Of a stretch of 64,000 nucleotides of DNA, positions 13,505 through 23,758 are shown in pieces. A program made the position numbers and the translations under genes. The stretch spans positions 1,664,001-1,728,000 of the forward strand of contig CBDCTH010000012.1 of assembly GCA_965222155.1 (NCBI GenBank). The letters run 5' to 3'. Position 1 is the stretch's first letter; each line of letters begins with the position of its first letter. Under the pieces are notes generated by a model. The model was not told the origin of the DNA and did not search any database. It saw only the letters and a program-made list of their open reading frames with translations. The DNA is from Gammaproteobacteria bacterium. Its GTDB lineage: Bacteria; Pseudomonadota; Gammaproteobacteria; Eutrophobiales; Eutrophobiaceae.

Positions 13505-14234
13505 CTGCTGTCTCCCGGCCGTCTGTTACAGGCCAATCAAATACCTTCTCAAACCCGGACTCGTCCTGGTCGTCAATAGATAAAGTTACAAATACTCGTT
13601 GTGGTTCAAAATTCTCCGGTAAGATAAAATTGTTCTCAAAGCGCTGGAAATTCCTGAACCTGATAGTGTAAGTCTGATTTTCATCAAGACTGATCTCATT
13701 CAGAGACAGTCGTTTTACCGCACTATCCAGAATGCCCTCCAAAACAACGTCTATCACCCCTTCAACCATCTTATCCGTATTGGCAATATAGAGTAATATC
13801 AACTCCAGTCGATAACCGTGGGCATGGGTAAGCGGTTTAATTCGAATCCCATGCACCCCCGGTGAGTTCTCTTCACCTGATGCATTTATGATCCCCTGGT
13901 AAAACTCCAGGTCTTTTCTCAACTGAAATATTTCCTCTTGTGAATCGATTAATCTCTCCTGTAACAAGGCAGCCGCCTGCGTATCCAAGCGGGTATTCTG
14001 CTGCAAAATCAGGAGCCTCTCCCGAAGTTCCGTGTTTTCATCGAATAGCGCTTCAGGGGATAAACCTTGAGCGAAATTCCATGGCAATATGAAAGTCCAG
14101 CCACCGTTTTGATTACTGCGGACACCCGGGAAATAATCACTGTTAATAAACAGAACCAGCAGCAAAACAAACAGGATCAGGAAGATAATCCGGCGGCGCC
14201 AGGGCCGACGCATTGTTATCACGAAATTATCCAT
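13494..14234 (-). CDS. Membrane-anchored coiled-coil protein (DUF6776-like)
   Basis: N-terminal TM, coiled coil ending DLEFYQGI, FRNFQ..E...LPENFEP motif; usual partner between argC and bactofilin. Confidence 0.7.
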   Translation of the reverse strand: MDNFVITMRRPWRRRIIFLILFVLLLVLFINSDYFPGVRSNQNGGWTFILPWNFAQGLSPEALFDENTELRERLLILQQNTRLDTQAAALLQERLIDSQEEIFQLRKDLEFYQGIINASGEENSPGVHGIRIKPLTHAHGYRLELILLYIANTDKMVEGVIDVVLEGILDSAVKRLSLNEISLDENQTYTIRFRNFQRFENNFILPENFEPQRVFVTLSIDDQDESGFEKVFDWPVTDGRETADVG

Positions 14235-14269
14235 TAGCGGTTTACCTGACGAGCACTACTGTTATCCGA

Positions 14270-15301
14270 TCAAGGCCAGAGTGCAATATGGTCCAGCCCG
14301 GTCGTTTCATCAAGCCCATACATTATATTCATATTCTGCACAGCCTGACCTGCCGCGCCTTTTACCAGGTTATCCTCCACTGCCAGGATGACGATTGTCG
14401 TTCCGTTTTGCGGTTGAAAAACGGCCATTCTACACATATTCGAACCATTAACAGAGGCCGTGTCGGGATGGGCGCCGCGCGGCAACACGTCAACAAAGTG
14501 TTCATGGGCATAACGACTCGTGAATATTTCGTGAATATCCGCGCCGGGTTCTTTTAATCGGGCATACAAGGTGGCATGTATGCCGCGGACAATCGGCAAC
14601 AGGTGAGGGACAAAAACCAGCTCTATTTCACCCCGTGACAACGCGGACAGACCTTGTTTAATCTCCGGCAAATGACGATGTCCGTCTGCGCAATAAGCGG
14701 AAAAAGACTCACCGGCTTCACAAAACTGTGTGGCTGATGTCGACGTGCGTCCGGCCCCGCTGACGCCTGATTTGGCATCGGCTATCAGGCTTCCCGGTTC
14801 CACCAGGTCATTTTCCAGCAACGGCAGAAAGCCAAGCTGTATTACGGTCGGATAGCAGCCCGGGTTGGCTATCAATTGCGCCTTACTGATTTCAGCCCTG
14901 TTGACTTCCGGCAAGCCGTATACCGCCTTACTCAAATAATCGGGACAGGCGTGTTTCCGGCCATACCAGTGTTCCCATTCATGCTGGTCGTGCAGGCGAA
15001 AATCAGCCGACAGGTCGATGACTTTTACCCCGGCCTCAAGTAAATCGGGGGCCTGATGCATGGCAATCCCACTGGGCGTTGCAAAAAACACCACGTCACA
15101 ACTTGAGATCGCTGTCGTTTCCGGATCAGAAAATGTCAGGTCGATCACACCGCGCAACGACGGAAAAATACTGGAAACCGTCTTGCCCTGCTCTGCGCGC
15201 GACGTAACGGCTGCCAGTTCTACTTCGGGATGCATGGACAGGCAACGCATCAATTCGACGCCCGTATAACCCGTTCCACCGACAATACCTGCCCTGATCA
15301 T
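14270..15301 (-). CDS. argC: N-acetyl-gamma-glutamyl-phosphate reductase
   Basis: [24 protein letters not shown] and [14 protein letters not shown] motifs. Confidence 0.97.
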   Translation of the reverse strand: MIRAGIVGGTGYTGVELMRCLSMHPEVELAAVTSRAEQGKTVSSIFPSLRGVIDLTFSDPETTAISSCDVVFFATPSGIAMHQAPDLLEAGVKVIDLSADFRLHDQHEWEHWYGRKHACPDYLSKAVYGLPEVNRAEISKAQLIANPGCYPTVIQLGFLPLLENDLVEPGSLIADAKSGVSGAGRTSTSATQFCEAGESFSAYCADGHRHLPEIKQGLSALSRGEIELVFVPHLLPIVRGIHATLYARLKEPGADIHEIFTSRYAHEHFVDVLPRGAHPDTASVNGSNMCRMAVFQPQNGTTIVILAVEDNLVKGAAGQAVQNMNIMYGLDETTGLDHIALWP

Positions 15302-15371
15302 TTTGTGTGTGCACCTTAATTATGTATCTGTCAGGTTTGAGATAATACTCTTATCTGAATATGATATTCAA

Positions 15372-15833
15372 ATGCCTCACCTTTTGATCATTTCTCACAT
15401 ACCTTCCGCCAACACCAGGGCGATGACGGATGCCGTAGTCTCCGGCGCATCCCATGATGATATCCAGGGGGTTGAATTACGGGTACTGACTCCATCCGGC
15501 GCCGCTGCGGATGATGTGCTATGGGCAAACGGTATTATCCTGGGCACAACTGAAAATTTCGGTTATATGAGCGGCGCCATCAAGGATTTTTTTGAGCGAA
15601 TCTACTATCCTTGTCTCGACAAAACCGCCGGGCTGCCCTACGCCTTGTTCATCAGGGCCGGAGATGACGGGTCCGGCGCCAGAACCAGCATGGAGCGCAT
15701 CATTACCGGCCTGGCCTGGCGGGCTGTTCAGGAACCGTTGATTTGCCGGGGCGAATACCAGGATAATTTTCTTGAACAATGTGAAGAACTGGGAATGACC
15801 ATGGCCGCCGGACTTGAAGCGGGAATATTTTAA
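15372..15833 (+). CDS. Flavodoxin-like / NADPH-dependent FMN reductase family protein
   Basis: PSANT loop and GTTENFGYMSGAIKDFFER motif. Confidence 0.82.
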   Translation: MPHLLIISHIPSANTRAMTDAVVSGASHDDIQGVELRVLTPSGAAADDVLWANGIILGTTENFGYMSGAIKDFFERIYYPCLDKTAGLPYALFIRAGDDGSGARTSMERIITGLAWRAVQEPLICRGEYQDNFLEQCEELGMTMAAGLEAGIF

Positions 15834-15857
15834 TCAGATATAATCAGAGATCATAGC

Positions 15858-15925
15858 AGCCACAGAGGACACAGAGTGGAAGGAGTAGACTGACAGAGTT
15901 ATTTTGCTCTGTGCTCTCTGTGGCT
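15858..15925. repeat. CACAGAG-type short intergenic inverted repeat family
   Basis: AGCCACAGAGGACACAGAG ... CTCTGTGCTCTCTGTGGCT; related copies near 17682-17710, 24670-24760 (CGCAGAT variant) and 61468-61484. Confidence 0.7.
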
Positions 15926-15935
15926 TAAGAAGACA

Positions 15936-16460
15936 ATGAAAGTAACCGAAACTGTAGCAATAATGTTCATTCTGGCCGTCATCGGGATAACATCCTGGTT
16001 ATGGACCAGTCCGTCCGGATTGAAATGGGCGCCGGACGTGACGTTCGCCACCTTGAAAGGTGAGAAAATCAATATGCGGGAGTTGCGCGGCCGGCCGGTA
16101 CTGGTGACGTTCTGGGCAACCACTTGCCCGGGATGTTTAAAAGAGATGCCGCACCTGGTCGAGTTATACGAGGAATTCGGGAACGGCGGGTTTGAATTGA
16201 TCGGCGTAGCGATGTCCTATGACCCCCCCAACCGGGTCCTGGAACTGACCACTGAACGGCAATTGCCTTATCCCATTGCGCTGGACCTTGACGGCGCCCT
16301 CGCCGCCGCGTTCGGCAGCGTCATGCTGACACCAACGACTTTTCTGATCGCTCCGGACGGCAAGATAATCAAGCATAAGATCGGTGAGATGGACATAGTC
16401 AAACTCAGGAGACAGATTGAAAACCTGCTGACCGCGCAAGCCGGGGTGAACAAAGTATAA
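15936..16460 (+). CDS. TlpA/ResA-family thiol-disulfide oxidoreductase
   Basis: N-terminal TM, FWATTCPGC..EMP, and TPTTFLI motifs. Confidence 0.9.
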   Translation: MKVTETVAIMFILAVIGITSWLWTSPSGLKWAPDVTFATLKGEKINMRELRGRPVLVTFWATTCPGCLKEMPHLVELYEEFGNGGFELIGVAMSYDPPNRVLELTTERQLPYPIALDLDGALAAAFGSVMLTPTTFLIAPDGKIIKHKIGEMDIVKLRRQIENLLTAQAGVNKV

Positions 16461-16475
16461 GATGGCAAGTCTGTC

Positions 16476-16901
16476 ATGTTGCTGCTGAAATCCCTGCACC
16501 TGATCTTTATGGTTACCTGGTTTGCCGGCCTGTTTTACCTGCCGAGATTATTTGTCTATCACGCCATGAGCAACGATTCCATCAGCACGGACCGGTTCAA
16601 AATAATGGAGCGAAAACTCTATTACGGCATCATGATGCCCGGGGCAGTGTTGACCCTGCTGTTCGGCGTCTGGCTTGTCGCGCTGAACGGTTGGGGCGCC
16701 TATATGACACAGACATGGTTCCAGCTCAAGCTGTTGTTGCTGCTGGTGCTGGTCGTTTATCATATTTATTGTGGTAAATTGCTGAAAGATTTCAAAAATG
16801 AGCGCAACACGCATTCACACCTGTGGTTTCGCTGGTTTAATGAAGTGCCGGTAATCTTCCTGATTGCAATCATCCTGCTGGCCGTTTATAAACCCCTGTA
16901 A
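16476..16901 (+). CDS. hemJ: Protoporphyrinogen oxidase HemJ
   Basis: KSLHLIFMVTWFAGLFYLPRLFVYH and RWFNEVP motifs. Confidence 0.94.
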   Translation: MLLLKSLHLIFMVTWFAGLFYLPRLFVYHAMSNDSISTDRFKIMERKLYYGIMMPGAVLTLLFGVWLVALNGWGAYMTQTWFQLKLLLLLVLVVYHIYCGKLLKDFKNERNTHSHLWFRWFNEVPVIFLIAIILLAVYKPL

Positions 16902-17668
16902 TGCATGCAAAACCCGTGGTGCTGGCTTTTTCCGGCCATGATCCGTCAGGCGCAGCGGGCATACAGGCGGATATCGAAGCGATTGCTCACTGTGGCTGTC
17001 ATTGTGTTTCCGTTATCACCTCACTGACCGCGCAAAATACCTCGGAATTCAGGAGCCTGGAAGCGCAATCTCCTGCCAGGTTCAGGGAACAACTGGACCT
17101 GTTGACTGAGGATATAGCTGTGGATGCCTGTAAAATCGGCTTGATCGGCAGCGTTCAACTGATTGAAATTATCGCGGATTACCTGAAAGCCGAAAAGCTT
17201 CCGGTGGTACTGGACCCGGTCCTGGGTAGCGGCACCGGGGTTAGACTGGCGGATCAGCGCCTGATCCGGACTATGACTGAATACCTGTTACCTCATACCA
17301 GCGTGATCACACCTAACCTGGAGGAAGCCGCGGCGCTGACCGGCTGTAACGAGACGGCGCAGGCGCTCCGGACCTTACTTGACCTTGGCTGTGACACGGC
17401 TTTGATCACCGCAGCAGATAACGGACGCGATCAGGTGATAAATACCTGGATGAGCGAAGCCCGTGAAATATACAGCTACCGGTGGGAAAAGCTGCCCGGG
17501 GTTTATCATGGCTCAGGTTGTACCCTGTCGGCATATCTCGCAGGACGCCTCGCCCTTGGAGATACTATTCGAACTGCGGTTGAAAAAGCTCAGGAATATA
17601 CCTGGCAGACACTGAAAAATGCGCATAAGGCAGGGAAATCACAGCTACATCCTGAGCGTTTTATTTAA
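16901..17668 (+). CDS. thiD: Hydroxymethylpyrimidine/phosphomethylpyrimidine kinase family
   Basis: GHDPSGAAGIQAD, VLDPVL, ITPN and HGSGCTL motifs. Confidence 0.85.
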   Translation: MHAKPVVLAFSGHDPSGAAGIQADIEAIAHCGCHCVSVITSLTAQNTSEFRSLEAQSPARFREQLDLLTEDIAVDACKIGLIGSVQLIEIIADYLKAEKLPVVLDPVLGSGTGVRLADQRLIRTMTEYLLPHTSVITPNLEEAAALTGCNETAQALRTLLDLGCDTALITAADNGRDQVINTWMSEAREIYSYRWEKLPGVYHGSGCTLSAYLAGRLALGDTIRTAVEKAQEYTWQTLKNAHKAGKSQLHPERFI

Positions 17669-17712
17669 AGCTTGCCTGAATCCTCTGTGATCTCTGTGTC
17701 CTCTGTGGCTAT

Positions 17713-18354
17713 ATGAAAGAAAAGATGAACACCGGCAGAGGACTTTATGCCATCACTGACTGTGAAAACCTGTCCACAGACAGGCTTTTGTCGGTTACGG
17801 AAGATATTCTCAGAGGGGGAGTGGCTGCCCTGCAATATCGGGATAAATCAGGGGATCACGCTAAAAGGAAATGCGAAGCAGCGGAATTACGACAACTATG
17901 CCGGGAACATGACTGCCTGTTTATCGTTAATGACGATGTGCGCTTGGCCAAATCGGTAAACAGCGACGGGGTCCATTTGGGTAGAGAAGATTGTGGCTGT
18001 AAAATAGCAAGAGACCGGTTGGGACCCGAAGCAGTGATCGGCGTTTCCTGTTATGACAGTGTCGAAACGGCGCTGGCCGCGGCATCAGATGGCGCTGATT
18101 ACGTTGCGTTCGGGTCGTTTTACCCGAGTTCTTCAAAACGGGGTACGGTTAGCGCCGAGCCTGATATCATAAAACAGGCAAAGCTGAAAATTACATTACC
18201 GATTGCAGCAATCGGGGGGATTACGCCGGCCAACTGTAAGATATTAATCGAATCCGGCGCTGATTTACTCGCGGTTATCAGTAGTATTTACCAGGCTGAA
18301 GACCCATACTCGACGGTAAAGGAATTCAACCGGCTGATCGGCGCGTTTACATAG
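17713..18354 (+). CDS. thiE: Thiamine-phosphate synthase
   Basis: GLYAIT, QYRDK, VNDD, GVHLG and AIGGI motifs. Confidence 0.93.
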   Translation: MKEKMNTGRGLYAITDCENLSTDRLLSVTEDILRGGVAALQYRDKSGDHAKRKCEAAELRQLCREHDCLFIVNDDVRLAKSVNSDGVHLGREDCGCKIARDRLGPEAVIGVSCYDSVETALAAASDGADYVAFGSFYPSSSKRGTVSAEPDIIKQAKLKITLPIAAIGGITPANCKILIESGADLLAVISSIYQAEDPYSTVKEFNRLIGAFT

Positions 18355-18434
18355 GGGCGCACTCTGAAATCGAAGTTTTGTCATGCCGGCACAAGCCGGC
18401 ATGATGGTTTTGACTGGATTCTGGCCTGCGCCAG

Positions 18435-18620
18435 AATGACGAATTGTGGGTAGAAAAAAATTATGAGTGACAGTCATTTCAAAGAAGCCAGGGAATTTAT
18501 CGCCGGGGGAGTGAACTCGCCGGTGCCAATGACGAATTGTGGGTAGAAAAAAATTATGCGTGACAATCATTTCAAAGAAGCCAGAGAATTTATCGCCGGG
18601 GGAGTGAACTCGCCAGTGCG
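18435..18620 (+). repeat. 93-bp tandem duplication of the hemL 5' end, next to CGTC-type REPs (18380-18441)
   Basis: Two units starting AATGACGAATTGTGGGTAG at 18435 and 18528 with four internal substitutions. Confidence 0.9.
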
Positions 18621-19833
18621 CGCGTTCAAGGCCGTGGGCGGAACTCCAGTATTTTTTGACCGCGCTAGTGGGGCCTACCTGTATGACGTTGACGGCAGGT
18701 CTTATATAGACTACGTGGGTTCATGGGGGCCGATGATCCTGGGTCATGCACACCCTGAAGTGATCGAACGCGTGCAACAGGTCATGGCAAGTGGTTTGAG
18801 TTTCGGCGCGCCGACAATAATAGAGACAGCCCTGGCAAAAAAAATATGTGAACTCATCCCCGCCATCGAAAAAGTACGTATGGTGAATTCCGGAACGGAA
18901 GCGGCGATGAGCGCCATCAGGCTGGCGCGGGGTTTCACCGGCAGGGATAAAATTATCAAATTTGAAGGCTGTTATCACGGTCATGCCGATGCATTGCTGG
19001 TCAAGGCCGGATCCGGCGCGCTTACCCTGGGTATCCCTACCTCGCCGGGTGTGCCGGCGGATACGGCAAAACATACCATCACGCTGGATTTTAACGACAC
19101 TGACCAGGTATTGGCCGTCTTTGAGGACGCGGGTGAAGATATTGCCGCCGTCATCGTAGAGCCGGTTGCCGGCAACATGAACTGTATCCCCGGTTCACAG
19201 AACTTCCTTGACACGCTACGCCAGGTCTGTGATCGCTATGGCAGCATCCTGATCTTCGATGAAGTGATGACAGGCTTTCGCGTGGCCCTGGGCGGAGCAC
19301 AAGCCCTGTATGACATCACACCCGACCTCACCCTGCTGGGCAAGATCATCGGCGGCGGCATGCCGGTAGGCGCTTTCGGTGGGCGCCGGCAGATTATGGA
19401 CCAGTTGGCGCCGGACGGTCCCGTGTACCAGGCCGGGACTTTATCAGGCAACCCGGTGGCAATGGCTGCCGGCCTGGCGACACTGGACCTCATCTCTGCT
19501 CCCGGCTTCTTTACCGGCCTGTCGAACAATCTGACCACTTTACTGGACGGGCTGAAACAAGCGGCGGCGGCAAACAACGTGCCCATTTCCACCAGTCAGG
19601 CAGGAGGCATGTTCGGGCTGTTTTTTACAGAAGACGCTCCGGTAACCTCATACAAACAGGCAACGGAATGTAACCAGGATATATTCAACCGTTTCTTTCA
19701 CGGCATGTTGGAGAACGGGGTCTACCTGGCACCGTCAAGTTATGAAGCAGGATTTATATCCAACGCCCACAGCGCCCGGGAGATAGACAGGACTATAGAA
19801 GCCGCCACAACCGTATATAAAAATCTGCATTAA
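18556..19833 (+). CDS. hemL: Glutamate-1-semialdehyde 2,1-aminomutase
   Basis: [25 protein letters not shown] and GKIIGGG motifs. Confidence 0.97.
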   Translation: MRDNHFKEAREFIAGGVNSPVRAFKAVGGTPVFFDRASGAYLYDVDGRSYIDYVGSWGPMILGHAHPEVIERVQQVMASGLSFGAPTIIETALAKKICELIPAIEKVRMVNSGTEAAMSAIRLARGFTGRDKIIKFEGCYHGHADALLVKAGSGALTLGIPTSPGVPADTAKHTITLDFNDTDQVLAVFEDAGEDIAAVIVEPVAGNMNCIPGSQNFLDTLRQVCDRYGSILIFDEVMTGFRVALGGAQALYDITPDLTLLGKIIGGGMPVGAFGGRRQIMDQLAPDGPVYQAGTLSGNPVAMAAGLATLDLISAPGFFTGLSNNLTTLLDGLKQAAAANNVPISTSQAGGMFGLFFTEDAPVTSYKQATECNQDIFNRFFHGMLENGVYLAPSSYEAGFISNAHSAREIDRTIEAATTVYKNLH

Positions 19834-19868
19834 CAACAATTTCGCACCATTCCCCAATTTACTCCTTA

Positions 19869-19903
19869 TGTCGTATTTACATGTAACAGTGTCGTTTAGT
19901 CAT
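19869..19903 (+). promoter_or_regulatory. Candidate AraC/GlxA-type (GbdR/ArgR-like) tandem operator
   Basis: TGTCGT-N5-CAT twice at a 21-bp period upstream of the MttB gene. Confidence 0.5.
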
Positions 19904-19968
19904 ATACAAGAAATACTGCTCTATTCCAAAATCCGAAGTGTGACAATGACTTGGCATTACTTGCTTAC

Positions 19969-21516
19969 ATGACCATGAACGACCAGCCACGGCGGAGACG
20001 CAGCGGAAGTCGAAGCGCCAAAATAGCAGCACGGCAAAAATCCCAGGTGCAGCAGGCTGCTTTCATCGAACGCAAAATCCCTTACTACGAACTGCAGGAT
20101 GAGGCCGGCCTTGCACTGATCGAAGAAAACGCCGACGTCGTGCTTGAGGAAGTCGGCATTGAATTTCGTGATGACCCTGAGGCGCGGGCATTGTTACGTG
20201 AAGCCGGCGCAGATATACAAGGAGAAAGGGTGCACTTTCCCAAAGGCTTATGCCGCGCCATCATCCGTTCTTCGGCCCCGGCGGAATATATCCAGCACGC
20301 ACGCAACCCACAACGCAACGCCATCATAGGCGGCAGGCGTACCGTGCTGGTTCCTGCTTATGGCTCACCTTTTATTCGCAACCTGGATGAAGGCAGGCGT
20401 TATGCAACCATTGAGGACTTCCGTAATTTCGTCAAACTGGCTTACATGAGTCCCGGCCTGCACCACTCTGGCGGCACAGTTTGTGAACCCGTGGACCTAC
20501 CGGTGAACAAACGCCATTTTGATATGATCTACAGTCATATCAAATACAGCGATAAGCCATTTATGGGATCGGTAACCCACCCGGAACGGGCGCAGGACAC
20601 GGTTGACATGGCGAAAATCGTCTTTGGCGCTGAATTCGTGGAACAAAACACGGTGCTCACCAGCCTGATTAATGCAAATTCACCCCTGACCTATGACGCG
20701 ACCATGCTGGGGGCGGCAAAAATCTATGCGCGCCATAACCAGGCCACGGTGATCTCGCCCTTCATCCTGGCCGGCGCCATGTCTCCGGTTACCGTTGCCG
20801 GCACCGTTACCCAGATACTGGCGGAAGCCCTGGCAGGCATGGCCTTTATTCAACTGGTCAGGCCCGGCGCGCCGGTTGTTTTCGGTACGTTTTCCTCCTC
20901 TATTTCAATGCAATCCGGCGCGCCGACCTTCGGCACCCCGGAACCCAGCCTGGTGCTCTACATCGCCGCTGCGCTGGCGCGCCGGCTGGGTGTTCCGTTT
21001 CGCAGCGGAGGTGGTTTGTGTGCGGCGAAGATCACCGATGCGCAAGCGGCTTATGAGTCAGCCAACACCCTGCAGACGGCCGCTCTGGCAGGCGTCAATT
21101 TTATGCTGCATACGACCGGCTGGCTGGAAGGCGGGCTGGTGATGAGTTACGAAAAATTCATCACCGACTTAGACCAGGCCAACATGATAGCGATACTGCT
21201 GCAGGGCGTGGACTTCTCGGAAAACGGCCAGGCCATGGATGCGATACGGGAAGTCGGACCGGGCAAACATTATCTTGGCGCGTCCCATACCCAGGCAAAC
21301 TTCGAATCGGCATTTTATCGTTCCATCGTCGCCGACAACAACAGCTTCGAACAATGGCAGGAAGACGGCGGTATGGATACCGCACAGCGCGCTAACAGGG
21401 TCTGGAAAAAGATGCTGGAAGATTACACGCCGCCGCCGCTTGATGAAGCTGTAGACGAGGCCCTGCTGGCATTTATCCGACAACGAAAATCGCAGTTTCC
21501 GGACAAGGATTACTGA
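19969..21516 (+). CDS. Non-pyrrolysine MttB-superfamily methyltransferase (glycine betaine:corrinoid methyltransferase-like)
   Basis: GGTVCEPVD, NANSPL, SMQSGAPTFGTPE and GWLEGGL motifs; no in-frame TAG; RSGGGL with Leu at the presumed Pyl position. Confidence 0.9.
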   Translation: MTMNDQPRRRRSGSRSAKIAARQKSQVQQAAFIERKIPYYELQDEAGLALIEENADVVLEEVGIEFRDDPEARALLREAGADIQGERVHFPKGLCRAIIRSSAPAEYIQHARNPQRNAIIGGRRTVLVPAYGSPFIRNLDEGRRYATIEDFRNFVKLAYMSPGLHHSGGTVCEPVDLPVNKRHFDMIYSHIKYSDKPFMGSVTHPERAQDTVDMAKIVFGAEFVEQNTVLTSLINANSPLTYDATMLGAAKIYARHNQATVISPFILAGAMSPVTVAGTVTQILAEALAGMAFIQLVRPGAPVVFGTFSSSISMQSGAPTFGTPEPSLVLYIAAALARRLGVPFRSGGGLCAAKITDAQAAYESANTLQTAALAGVNFMLHTTGWLEGGLVMSYEKFITDLDQANMIAILLQGVDFSENGQAMDAIREVGPGKHYLGASHTQANFESAFYRSIVADNNSFEQWQEDGGMDTAQRANRVWKKMLEDYTPPPLDEAVDEALLAFIRQRKSQFPDKDY

Positions 21517-21523
21517 TTAACCC

Positions 21524-21774
21524 TTTAACCCGGATTTCTCACCAGGTGATGCGATGATCGCGCAGGATTTTTGCCGCCAGCGGGTGCCTGCGACCGAAAG
21601 CATAGCCGTAGCTCTGGTTAAGGGAGCACGTGCCCGCTGGCGGCAAAAAGACAAGCGAGGGCGCATCAAGCGCAGTCTATAATGATGGGATATTGAGAAT
21701 TTTACCATAACTTACTGACAGCACATTGACGTTTCCGATAGCAACCAGCGATCTGGTGAGAAATCCGGGTTAAA
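21524..21774. mobile_element. MITE-like element with 22-bp terminal inverted repeats and a nested hairpin
   Basis: TTTAACCCGGATTTCTCACCAG ... CTGGTGAGAAATCCGGGTTAAA; internal TTTTGCCGCCAGCGGG/CCCGCTGGCGGCAAAA stem; no transposase. Confidence 0.75.
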
Positions 21775-21837
21775 CCCTTCACCCCGTGCTTATGCCGATG
21801 ACACAAGCAGCCGTTGCAGATAACTTGAGCGACTGAA

Positions 21838-22140
21838 ATGGAAAAAACCATAGTTTACTGGCGCGATATTCCGTCACAGGTGATCGTGAAAAAAGGACGG
21901 GAAAAAGGGAAAGTTTTACTGAGCCCGCGTTTTCAGGATGCCATAGATCGGTCCGCCATGCGGGCGCGTAAACATGATGCCGATTCCTACATGGATGAGT
22001 GGAAACGGATAAAGTCAGTCGTGGAAAATAGCGGCGACCCGCAAACGGTTGCCCGGCAGGAAGCGCAACAAATCGAAGCGTACTATCCTGACGAGAGACT
22101 GTTGCAACTGATAAAGAATCACGGGCTGGCCGGGAAATAA
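21838..22140 (+). CDS. Small 'virulence factor' domain protein typical of corrinoid methyl-transfer clusters
   Basis: IVYWRDIPSQV...RFQDAIDRSAM...Y..EW motif. Confidence 0.8.
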   Translation: MEKTIVYWRDIPSQVIVKKGREKGKVLLSPRFQDAIDRSAMRARKHDADSYMDEWKRIKSVVENSGDPQTVARQEAQQIEAYYPDERLLQLIKNHGLAGK

Positions 22141-22154
22141 ATCACAGGTAAATC

Positions 22155-22628
22155 ATGTACAGAATGCGCCTTTGGTCAGCACGTAACGCCGGATGGTTAA
22201 GTGCGCTTTACCTTGCCTGGGAGAGAATTCTCATCCTGCTTCATCCTGTGTTTGCACGAATCGGTTATGAGCGTCTGGACAAATTCTTTCTCAGTATTGA
22301 AAAGCCGATAAAAGGCTTCCTGTTTGATTCCCGCTCCTGCGGTCAATGTACGCTGGGTGATACCGGCATGTCATGTCCGATGAACTGCCCAAAGACCATG
22401 AGGAACGGCCCCTGTGGCGGCGTCCGCGCTGATGGCAATTGTGAAGTCAAGCCGGACATGCCCTGCGTCTGGGTAGTCGCATGGGAAGGTAAACAGCGAA
22501 TGAAAAGCAGCGCACAGGTCATCGATTTTGTATTGCCGCCTGTCGATATGCGTCTCCGGAACACATCAGCATGGCTAAGAAAAGTCAGGCAATATCATGG
22601 TCACCCGGAACTGGAATCCCTGAAATGA
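22155..22628 (+). CDS. MTHFR C-terminal-domain protein (MetV-like, Cys-rich)
   Basis: CGQC..CPMNCPKTMRNGPCGG..CEV..CVW motif directly upstream of metF. Confidence 0.88.
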   Translation: MYRMRLWSARNAGWLSALYLAWERILILLHPVFARIGYERLDKFFLSIEKPIKGFLFDSRSCGQCTLGDTGMSCPMNCPKTMRNGPCGGVRADGNCEVKPDMPCVWVVAWEGKQRMKSSAQVIDFVLPPVDMRLRNTSAWLRKVRQYHGHPELESLK

Positions 22629-22699
22629 GTCAGTGGTTCTCTTTAACTGGATTGAGTGCGAGTTTGGGGGCTGTTAGAGGGAACTACCGGAAATAAATT

Positions 22700-23758
22700 A
22701 TGCTATTTGAAGATGAACCCGTAGCAGGTGAAAACCTGCCTATCCTTGCCGGACACGTGTCGCCCGGTCGTCTGGAACGTATCCTGCGGACAGGCGGGTT
22801 TGCGGTTACCACTGAAATTGCGCCCCCTGATTCCGCTGATCCCGCCGAAGTATATGAACTCGCCGCCATGTTCGACGGTTATGTTGATGCCATCAATGCC
22901 ACCGACGGCTCAGGCGCCAATTGCCACATGTCCAGTGTCGGTATCTGTTCACTGTTGACTCGGCGCGGCTATGCCATGGTCATGCAGGTATCCTGTCGCG
23001 ACAGGAATCGCATCGCCATACAAGGTGACGTGTTGGGTGCGGCGGCCATGGGTGTGGCAAATATACTGTGTCTTACCGGAGACGGGGTGCAAGCGGGGGA
23101 TCATCCACAGGCAAAACCGGTCTTTGATCTGGATTCCATGACCGCATTGGAGATGCTGCGCGGGATGCGTGATGACAGCCGTTTTCTCAGCGGTCGCAGG
23201 ATTACCAGTCCACCGCGGGTTTTTCTGGGTGCAGCGGCCAATCCGTTTGCCAAACCATACGATTTTCGCCCTTTGCGTCTCGCCCTGAAAATCAAGGCTG
23301 GCGCCCAGTTTATTCAAACCCAGTATTGCTTTGACATTGACATGTTCAAACAATATATGGAACGGGTGTGTGATCTCGGGTTGCACGAGAAAGTCTATAT
23401 CCTGGCCGGCGTCGGGCCCCTGGCGTCCGCCCGATCGGCGCAATGGATACGAACTCATGTTGCCGGGGTATCCATACCGGATTCCGTGATAAAACGACTC
23501 AGCGGCGCCGGCAACCAGGCCCGGGAAGGCGTCAATGTGTGCAAGGACATGATTTATCGGTTACGCGAAATCGAAGGCGTGCACGGCGTCCATATCATGG
23601 CCTATCGGCAGGAGCACCGGGTTGCCGAAATCGTGGACTCAACAGGTATCCTGCAAGGCAGAACGCCCTGGTATCCCGGTGTGACAGAAAAAGGCAATCC
23701 GCCATTCCAGCGCAAGCAGGAACGGCGGGTCGGGTTAGCAGAGAAAATAAGACAATGA
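22700..23758 (+). CDS. metF: Methylenetetrahydrofolate reductase
   Basis: TTEIAPP, CRDRNR, CLTGD and KIKAGAQFIQTQ motifs. Confidence 0.9.
   Translation: MLFEDEPVAGENLPILAGHVSPGRLERILRTGGFAVTTEIAPPDSADPAEVYELAAMFDGYVDAINATDGSGANCHMSSVGICSLLTRRGYAMVMQVSCRDRNRIAIQGDVLGAAAMGVANILCLTGDGVQAGDHPQAKPVFDLDSMTALEMLRGMRDDSRFLSGRRITSPPRVFLGAAANPFAKPYDFRPLRLALKIKAGAQFIQTQYCFDIDMFKQYMERVCDLGLHEKVYILAGVGPLASARSAQWIRTHVAGVSIPDSVIKRLSGAGNQAREGVNVCKDMIYRLREIEGVHGVHIMAYRQEHRVAEIVDSTGILQGRTPWYPGVTEKGNPPFQRKQERRVGLAEKIRQ

Noticed and set aside
19834-19968. Cobalamin or SAM riboswitch ahead of the methyl-transfer cluster
   Set aside because: Short AT-rich region with no recognisable B12-box or SAM core motifs
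19969-21516. Pyrrolysine-containing trimethylamine methyltransferase
   Set aside because: No in-frame TAG, Leu at the presumed position, and no pyl genes in the window
23443-23754. 104-aa N-terminal extension of the pterin-binding methyltransferase
   Set aside because: It overlaps metF out of frame; the ATGA-coupled start at 23755 matches the family N-terminus
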